64,000 nt of DNA, taken from the NCBI GenBank assembly GCA_028873695.1, contig JAPPNU010000002.1, positions 13,728 to 77,727 on the forward strand. Reading direction: 5' to 3'. The translations under genes were made by a program, and so were the position numbers. This document shows positions 57,786-64,000 of this stretch, in pieces; within the stretch, counting starts at the first letter, position 1, and the number at the start of each line of letters is the position of its first letter. The stretch is from Gemmatimonadota bacterium. Its GTDB lineage: Bacteria; Latescibacterota; UBA2968; GCA-2709665. The notes under the pieces are model-generated. The model searched no databases. It had not been told where the DNA came from and worked only from the letters and a program-made list of their open reading frames with translations.

Positions 57786-57875
57786 ATCCAGTGTCTTGAT
57801 TTACGGGCGAATCGGGGCTATGAGTCCGGCGCCGACGGCAGACGCGGACGTGTCGGCGATGCCGTCGGCGGGCGA

Positions 57876-59465
57876 TCAATTCCCGAGCGTTTCGAATCTG
57901 CCGTTCCTGACCACCTGCAGGACGGCCGGATACGTCGGGTCGCCATTTGCATCGAACGCGAATTGCCCGACGACGGTGGGCAACTCGATGGTCGCCAGCG
58001 CATCCCTGACCGGCTCCGACCGCGTTGAGCCGGCCCCTACAAGCGCGGCCGCGAGGATCTGTACACAAACATATCCTTCCGCTGCGAAAAGATCGGGTTC
58101 GTCACCGAATCTGACGCGGTAATTCTCAATGAACGCCCGATTTTCAGGCGTCTCGATTGTATGAGACCAGAACGTCCCCGTAATCAAACCTTCCGCAGCA
58201 GGGCCTGCCTGTTCGATCTGGCTTGAAGCGAAGCCGAAAACAAGAAACGGTATCTCGTAAGGAATTCCAAGCTGGCGGCCCTGTACGGGGATTGCGACTC
58301 TCTCCAAAGGACGGGTCCAGACAAGAATGACATCGGGTTTCAGATTGTCTATTCGCGTCAGTGCGGCGGTAAAATCGGTCTGACCGGTTGCGAATGCCTC
58401 GGCCCCAAGCATCTCGACGCCCAGTTCAGCAAGTGCCTTCACTGTTTCCACGTAACCGCTCGCAGAGAATACGTCCGTGCTGTCGTATATGACGGCAATC
58501 CGGTTCAACCGCAGTTCCGACGTTACAACCTCAAGTGTGCTTTGCGCGATCCGGCTCACAGGCGCCGGGACCCGGAACACGAAGTCGCCGATCGCGCCCA
58601 ATCCGGCGGCTGCAGCGGTCGGGCTGAAGGCCACCACACGGTTTTCCTGGGCAATCGGAAATGCCATGGCAGCTGAGGATGAGTAACCGGGACCCAGAAT
58701 AACCGTGACGTTGTCCTCGTAAATCAGCTTTTCGAAGGCCGTTGCCGCGACTTCCGGCGTACTCTCACTGTCTTCAACGATGAATTGAAGTGTCGACGAG
58801 CCCAGTTCATACCGGTTGGCCTCGTCTCGCGCGAGTTCCATCCCGTTTCTTACGATTTGGCCGAGGGGCCCGCCATCGCCGGTAAGTGGCAGAACGACAC
58901 CGACCCGAATTTCCGCAGGAAGGCCCCCGGACGCGAGAAAGGACGCGCCGGTCACCCTCGCCGTTTCCCCAATCGGCAGGTCGACCGTTACGCTATGCCC
59001 GCCGTTGATTGGAATGCTCGACCACGAACCGAGGTGATTGCCGGCACGCGTAGCCCGGACCTGATAGTAGCCTCCCGCTGCGCCGATGTCCACGCGCGCT
59101 CGGCCATTTGCATCCGTTGTGTCGGACCACGAGAAAACCGGGGCCCGTCCGGAAATGGAACGCGCGAATGCGACGGCGACGCCTCCCAATGGCACGCCGT
59201 CTCCAATCACGGTTGCCACCACAACCGCCGTCGCCGCCTTGTCATCCACCGCGAGTTTGCCCAGCGGCTGTTCAGACGTTTCCGCCCTGTCGGGCGTCCC
59301 GGGAGCAACCGCGCGCTCCCCGCCGCAACTCCACGTCATACAGGCCGCACACGCCAGCAGGAATGCGCTTCGAAGACTTGTTTTCATTTCAGCCGGGCCT
59401 CGTTTCCGCCCCGCAGCAGCGTTCAGAACCGAAGGAATGGGTAAATCCTCCCGAGATGACTTCAT
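57876..59465 (-). CDS. LivJ-type substrate-binding lipoprotein with an extra N-terminal beta domain
   Basis: Lipobox TWSC; IRVGVVLPLTG, ILGP..S, VFR, TDF...L, G.F.FD.NGD; start ATG 59465 (ATGA overlap) or 59387. Confidence 0.85.
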   Translation of the reverse strand: MKSSREDLPIPSVLNAAAGRKRGPAEMKTSLRSAFLLACAACMTWSCGGERAVAPGTPDRAETSEQPLGKLAVDDKAATAVVVATVIGDGVPLGGVAVAFARSISGRAPVFSWSDTTDANGRARVDIGAAGGYYQVRATRAGNHLGSWSSIPINGGHSVTVDLPIGETARVTGASFLASGGLPAEIRVGVVLPLTGDGGPLGQIVRNGMELARDEANRYELGSSTLQFIVEDSESTPEVAATAFEKLIYEDNVTVILGPGYSSSAAMAFPIAQENRVVAFSPTAAAAGLGAIGDFVFRVPAPVSRIAQSTLEVVTSELRLNRIAVIYDSTDVFSASGYVETVKALAELGVEMLGAEAFATGQTDFTAALTRIDNLKPDVILVWTRPLERVAIPVQGRQLGIPYEIPFLVFGFASSQIEQAGPAAEGLITGTFWSHTIETPENRAFIENYRVRFGDEPDLFAAEGYVCVQILAAALVGAGSTRSEPVRDALATIELPTVVGQFAFDANGDPTYPAVLQVVRNGRFETLGN

Positions 59466-61660
59466 GTCGCTTCTTCACCGGACGCCGGCTCCGCCACCGG
59501 TGCGGGAGCTTCGAGGGGTATTTCAACAACCATTTCGGTAAACTCGCCGGGTTCGGTCTCGACCCGAATGCTCCCTCCGTGCTCACGCACAATATCGTTC
59601 GAAAGGGCGAGACCCAGCCCGGTGCCCTGGTCCGTAGGCTTGGTCGTGAAAAAGGGATTGAAAATCTTGTCCACGACGTCGGGCGGAATGCCCTTACCGT
59701 TGTCCTTGATCCGTACTTCGAGCTGTTCGGGGCCGCGACGGGTCGTCAGCCAAAGCGTAGGCATATACGGCTCGTCGTTGCCCGATTCTACATTCTCGCG
59801 TCGTCTTTCGTCGGTCGCGTGGCAGGCATTGCTGACCATGTTCAGAAACACGCGGCCCAGATCCTGAGGTACTACTTCGACTTCGCCCACCGACGGATCC
59901 AGATCCTGCTGGATATCGAGCTGGAATTCCGTGTCGCTCGCCCGTGCGCTGTGGTACGCGAGCCTGGCATGTTCGTCAAGAAGATTGTTGATGTTGGTGG
60001 CCTGTCGCTGGGCGGAACCCCGGCCCATCGACAGCATATCCTGGACAATTCGGTTGGCGCGCTCGCCGTGTTCCCGGATGCGCGCGAGGTTGTCGGTGAG
60101 GTCCTGGCAGATTTCCTGGACGAGCTCGCGCCCTTCTTCGTCGAGTTCCCCGCCTTCTTCGCTGAGCGTGTCCTCGAGTTCTTCACCGAGTTCCTCCAGA
60201 AGTTCCTGGGAGACCTCGGAGAAATTCTTGACGAAATTCAGCGGGTTTTTGATTTCGTGGGCGACGCCTGCGGTGAGTTCGCCAAGCGCCGCCAGCTTTT
60301 CACGCATCACGATCTGGTCCTGAGCCCGTCGGAGGTCCTGCAGCACGGATTCAAGCTGTTCGTTTTTCTCCCTCAACTCCTCGGCCAGCTTTTCGACGAG
60401 GTTAAGGCGCTGGACTTCGAGGGCATGCCTTCGGAATACTTCCAGCGCCGCCGCCATATCGGCGACTTCATCGTGCCCGCTGATATCAACCCTGGCTTCC
60501 AGGTCGCCGTCGGCCATGGCGCGCATCCGGTCCGACAGGCGTTCCAGCCGGCGCAGCAACACCCGGCCCACGAAGAGCCACGCGATGAGCACGGCTCCGC
60601 TGATGCTGACCACGTTCAGCCCCAGCAAGACGCTGCGGCCCGTCCCGATTGCCTGGGTGGATGCCAGAGTGGCCTCTCGCGTGCGTTCGCGGGCGGCGCC
60701 CACGAGACCCTCTACTTCCGCACCGAGACTGATTTCGAGTCTCAGGTTGTCCTGGAGAAGGTTTCGCTGCCGGTCAGTGAGTTCGAATTCGCGAACGATC
60801 AGATCGAATCCACCCTGCTTTCCCAGCCCCAGCTCGAAGAGCCGATTCAGGTGCGGGGCGATCTGATCGCGCCAGGGTGACGTGCCGAGTGCCGACAAAC
60901 TCCGTTCGATGCGGCCGGCAGCGGCCTCAAAGCGCTCCCGCAATGGCTCGAGCAGGAGTGCGTCGGAAAGGTTGAAAGAACTTGACAGGAGTTGCGTTGC
61001 AATGGTGGCATCGGCTTTCAAGTCGGCCAGGTGGCGGTACCGATCGAATTCTTCGTCCGAAAAATGCCGCTCGCGGGGCGCGGGCGGCTGGCCAATTTTA
61101 CTGTAGCCTGTCATCGCGTAGAAGAGTTGATCGTCGATCGCCGGAATCAGCATGCCGAACAGTTTGCCACGCAGTTCGGACAGTTCCACACGAAGCGCTT
61201 CGCTGCGTGCGCTTACCTCGAACAACTCGGCGACCTCACGTTCAATCGCTTCGATGTTTGACGTGAGCGCTGCCGCAAATTCGTGTATTCTGCTGAAACG
61301 CTCCTCGTCTTCCGTTCTGGTGTCCCTCTGCATCAGGGCCGCCAACTGTGATTCGAAGGCCCTGCGCTCTTCAGCGATATCCGCCTTGACGCGGTCGAAA
61401 TCGTCCACGGTTGCCGCCGAGGTCAGCCGCGGCGCCGCCGCGACGAGGGTGCCGCTTTGCTGAGCAACCCCGAAGGCGGCCGCCATTTCCGGGACGCTGC
61501 CCTCGTTCACGCGGTTCTGGATGTCGCCTACGAGATCGAACGAAAGCCACCCGACCAGGCTGGCGACCATGGTGATGGCGACCGCGCCTCCAATTCCCAG
61601 ATAGAGCTGCGTGGCGATGCGGAAGCGGCCTTTGAGCAGCAATTTCACTTTGCTGATCAC
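59462..61660 (-). CDS. Membrane sensor histidine kinase (periplasmic helical sensor, HAMP, HisKA, HATPase)
   Basis: Two TMs, GHDEVADMA HAMP, AGVAHEIKNPLNF, DNGKG, FFTTKP..QGTGLGL. Confidence 0.95.
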   Translation of the reverse strand: MISKVKLLLKGRFRIATQLYLGIGGAVAITMVASLVGWLSFDLVGDIQNRVNEGSVPEMAAAFGVAQQSGTLVAAAPRLTSAATVDDFDRVKADIAEERRAFESQLAALMQRDTRTEDEERFSRIHEFAAALTSNIEAIEREVAELFEVSARSEALRVELSELRGKLFGMLIPAIDDQLFYAMTGYSKIGQPPAPRERHFSDEEFDRYRHLADLKADATIATQLLSSSFNLSDALLLEPLRERFEAAAGRIERSLSALGTSPWRDQIAPHLNRLFELGLGKQGGFDLIVREFELTDRQRNLLQDNLRLEISLGAEVEGLVGAARERTREATLASTQAIGTGRSVLLGLNVVSISGAVLIAWLFVGRVLLRRLERLSDRMRAMADGDLEARVDISGHDEVADMAAALEVFRRHALEVQRLNLVEKLAEELREKNEQLESVLQDLRRAQDQIVMREKLAALGELTAGVAHEIKNPLNFVKNFSEVSQELLEELGEELEDTLSEEGGELDEEGRELVQEICQDLTDNLARIREHGERANRIVQDMLSMGRGSAQRQATNINNLLDEHARLAYHSARASDTEFQLDIQQDLDPSVGEVEVVPQDLGRVFLNMVSNACHATDERRRENVESGNDEPYMPTLWLTTRRGPEQLEVRIKDNGKGIPPDVVDKIFNPFFTTKPTDQGTGLGLALSNDIVREHGGSIRVETEPGEFTEMVVEIPLEAPAPVAEPASGEEAT

Positions 61661-62838
61661 GGTTCCGCTTCCTTGAGCGTATCGATGGGATAGTACCGGC
61701 CGTCGCGACCGATCATAGTCAGGAACACGGCATCCGACCCCTGATTGTCCCTGGCGCCGTATTGCAGCTCAAATCCGTCTAAATCGACCATCTCTGTGCT
61801 GCGGAGGCTGTTGAGAAAGGACGTCCGATTGACCTCCGCGCCGCAGCGTTGGAGGGCGGCAATGGCGAGGCGTCCGGCCAGGTACCCTTCGAAGGACACG
61901 AACCCCGGTGCAGCATCGGGATCGAAGGCAGACAGAGCGCGGCGGAAGGCTGACGCAACGGGGAAGTAGTCTTCGGTTGGAAAGGGTACGACCTGTGTGA
62001 CGTAGACGCCGGCTCCTGCCGGGCCAAGCTGTCTGGCCAGCGCGTTGCTCCCCACAAAAGAAATTGTGATGAAAACGGGGTCCATGCCGATATGCCGCGC
62101 CCATGCGATAAAGGTCGCGACCGGTTCGTACGCGCCGACCAGGATCACCGCTTCGGGGTCGGCCATGCGCAGGTCGAGCAGCGCGGTCTTCACCGCCGTT
62201 GTATTGCGCGGATACAGCCCCACGGCCACGGCCTCCATTCCGCGCCGTTCGAGCGCACGTCGTGCGCCGCGGTAGCCGGCCCTGCCGAAGGAGTCGTCCT
62301 GATACATGACGGCGATTCGTTTGATACCCAGGTCGCCGGTCAGGCGCGCGACCATTTCCTCCGTTTCCTGGTTGTACGACGCCCTCAGGTTGATCACGAT
62401 GTTCCAGTCCAGGTCCCGAAGGAACGCCGCACCCGTGAACGGGGCGATATACGGAATATTGGCTTCCGCGGCGACCGGGGTGGCTGAACGTGACGTGGGC
62501 GTGCCCACGGCGCCGATGAGCGCGAACACCCGGGCCTCATTGATGAGGTAGAGGGTGTTTGCGATTGCGGCCTCCGGTTCGTACGCGTCATCGCGGGAAA
62601 CGAGTTCCAACCGGCGGCCATGGACGCCTCCGCGTCGATTGACCTCGTGAAACGCGGCTTCTATTCCTCGTTTCATGTCGGTTCCGAGTTGCGCGGCGGG
62701 GCCGCTGAAGGCGGCGGACTGGCCGAAGAGAATGCGCTCTTCCGTGACACCGTTCTCGACCTCGTTGCCTTCAACACTGCACAAAAACGCCGCCCAGACG
62801 GCGAGCAGCCACAACCCCTGGCGAAGGGTCGATCTCAT
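61657..62838 (-). CDS. Periplasmic substrate-binding protein (PBP type 1, LivJ-like)
   Basis: FGQSAAFSGPAA.LG, DDAYEP, VGTPT, RASY..E, YQDDSFG, SFEGYLAG. Confidence 0.9.
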   Translation of the reverse strand: MRSTLRQGLWLLAVWAAFLCSVEGNEVENGVTEERILFGQSAAFSGPAAQLGTDMKRGIEAAFHEVNRRGGVHGRRLELVSRDDAYEPEAAIANTLYLINEARVFALIGAVGTPTSRSATPVAAEANIPYIAPFTGAAFLRDLDWNIVINLRASYNQETEEMVARLTGDLGIKRIAVMYQDDSFGRAGYRGARRALERRGMEAVAVGLYPRNTTAVKTALLDLRMADPEAVILVGAYEPVATFIAWARHIGMDPVFITISFVGSNALARQLGPAGAGVYVTQVVPFPTEDYFPVASAFRRALSAFDPDAAPGFVSFEGYLAGRLAIAALQRCGAEVNRTSFLNSLRSTEMVDLDGFELQYGARDNQGSDAVFLTMIGRDGRYYPIDTLKEAEP

Positions 62839-63254
62839 CCGGACCTCCGCTTCACCAGCGTCAGGTGGTTCCGCCCGTTTTCCCGCTTGTAGTGCATTTC
62901 GTCCATCATTGTTAGAACGAGATGAATACCGAGCCCCCCGATGGGCCTGTCCTCGAGCGCAGCTTCCACGTCGGGCTCGGGCGCGTCTTCCAGGGGGTTG
63001 AAAGGACGGCCGTCGTCCACGATCTCGAGCGTGATCCGTTCGTCGTCAGAGGTCAAAGTGATCTCGATTTCTCCGGGACCGCCATCGAAACCATGTCGGA
63101 CGACGTTATTGCCGAGTTCTTCTATAGCAAGGTCGATCTGATGAACCAGCGCGGGCGACCAGTCTTCCTGCAGCCCCAGCTCTTCGGCTGCCGCGGCGAC
63201 CCGTCGGAGTTCGTCGAGATCGGCTTCTATGCGAAAGGATTGTCTGGTGCTCAC
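62835..63254 (-). CDS. RsbW-like anti-sigma factor / Ser kinase
   Basis: LAIEELGNNVVRHG, DDGRPFNP, IGGLGIHLV, GRNHLTL. Confidence 0.92.
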   Translation of the reverse strand: MSTRQSFRIEADLDELRRVAAAAEELGLQEDWSPALVHQIDLAIEELGNNVVRHGFDGGPGEIEITLTSDDERITLEIVDDGRPFNPLEDAPEPDVEAALEDRPIGGLGIHLVLTMMDEMHYKRENGRNHLTLVKRRSG

Positions 63255-64000
63255 GCTTCCGATCCTCGGTATCGAAACGTAACGCAGGTAATGTCGTCGA
63301 ATTGGGGCGTTTCGCCAACAAATCCGCTCACGGCGCTGAAAATCGCGTCGTTGGCTTCTCGGGCGTCCTGCGGGGGCTTGTCCGTGAAGACATGCTGAAG
63401 GCGATCCATTCCGAACTCTTCCTCGACGTCGTTTATGGCTTCCGTGACACCGTCCGTATACAGAACGACTGTATCTCCCGGTGCGAGCGTGACCGAATTG
63501 TACCCGTATTCGATGTCCGGCAACATCGCAAGGGCAACGCCGCCGGTCAACGGCAGCGCGCTGGCCTCCCCGTCTGCGTTTACGATGAGCGGCGTATTGT
63601 GTCCGCCGTTGGCGTAGACGAATTGACGGTTTTCGGGATCGAATACGGCATAGAACACCGTGACGAACATCGCGGCTTCGTTGTTTTCGTAAAGCGCATT
63701 GTTCATTTCGTACAGCACTTCGCCGGGGCTCGTCGTCCCTATTGCCGCGCCACGCAGCACGGTCCTGCTGGACATCATGAACAGGGCCGCGGGTACGCCC
63801 TTGTCAGAGACATCGGCGATAGCGATGCCGATGCGTCCGCCGTCGAGCCGGATGATGTCGAAGAAGTCGCCGCCGACGTTGCGGGCGGGCTCCATGCTTC
63901 CGTATGCGTGATAGGCCGGATTCTCGGGGAATCTCGTGGGCAGAATAGACTGCTGCATCTTGCTGGCCACGTCAAGTTCGTTTTGCAGAGCGATCAGCTT
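63251..64000 (-). CDS. SpoIIE/RsbU-like PP2C phosphatase (5' end outside window)
   Basis: ELDVASKMQQSILP, VGGDFFD, IADVSDKG, ANGGH, LYTDGVTEA, DDIT. Confidence 0.93.
   Translation of the reverse strand, partial: KLIALQNELDVASKMQQSILPTRFPENPAYHAYGSMEPARNVGGDFFDIIRLDGGRIGIAIADVSDKGVPAALFMMSSRTVLRGAAIGTTSPGEVLYEMNNALYENNEAAMFVTVFYAVFDPENRQFVYANGGHNTPLIVNADGEASALPLTGGVALAMLPDIEYGYNSVTLAPGDTVVLYTDGVTEAINDVEEEFGMDRLQHVFTDKPPQDAREANDAIFSAVSGFVGETPQFDDITCVTFRYRGSEA

Overview
This is a GC-rich bacterial window of mostly accessory catabolic and signalling genes, with no rRNA, tRNA, CRISPR array or transposase seen. The gene mix suggests a Latescibacterota/Gemmatimonadota-like, possibly sponge-associated organism (inference only). 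It includes GWxTD/TPR proteins, dockerin-like DFDG repeats, NHL repeats, five PhyH dioxygenases, three heparinase II/III-like lyases, two sulfatases and a DUF6785-like membrane protein. The main blocks are: aminotransferase/GGT/GWxTD/FGE/NHL/sulfatase genes (0-16 kb); oxidoreductases and a polysaccharide-lyase/hydrolase region (16-34 kb); an orphan DNA methyltransferase, brnTA and a blaI-blaR1(M56)-5xTonB unit (34-40 kb); a minus-strand aminotransferase-HAD-3xPhyH-RraA cluster (43-49 kb); thiC with a TPP riboswitch; a CP-ATP-grasp/alpha-E/transglutaminase operon with amt inserted in it; and a PP2C/RsbW/SBP/histidine kinase operon (53-64 kb). The most notable observations are three. Four of the five PhyH-like Fe/2OG enzymes lack the HxD carboxylate (HxG/HxS/HxA, the halogenase signature) and share a co-varying acidic residue near the distal His. 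An amt gene is translationally coupled inside a putative peptide-ligase operon. A BlaR-type protein carries five TonB C-terminal domains and has a visible operator. Several MITE/REP-like intergenic elements are also present. All family calls come from motif recognition by eye; no database search was run.
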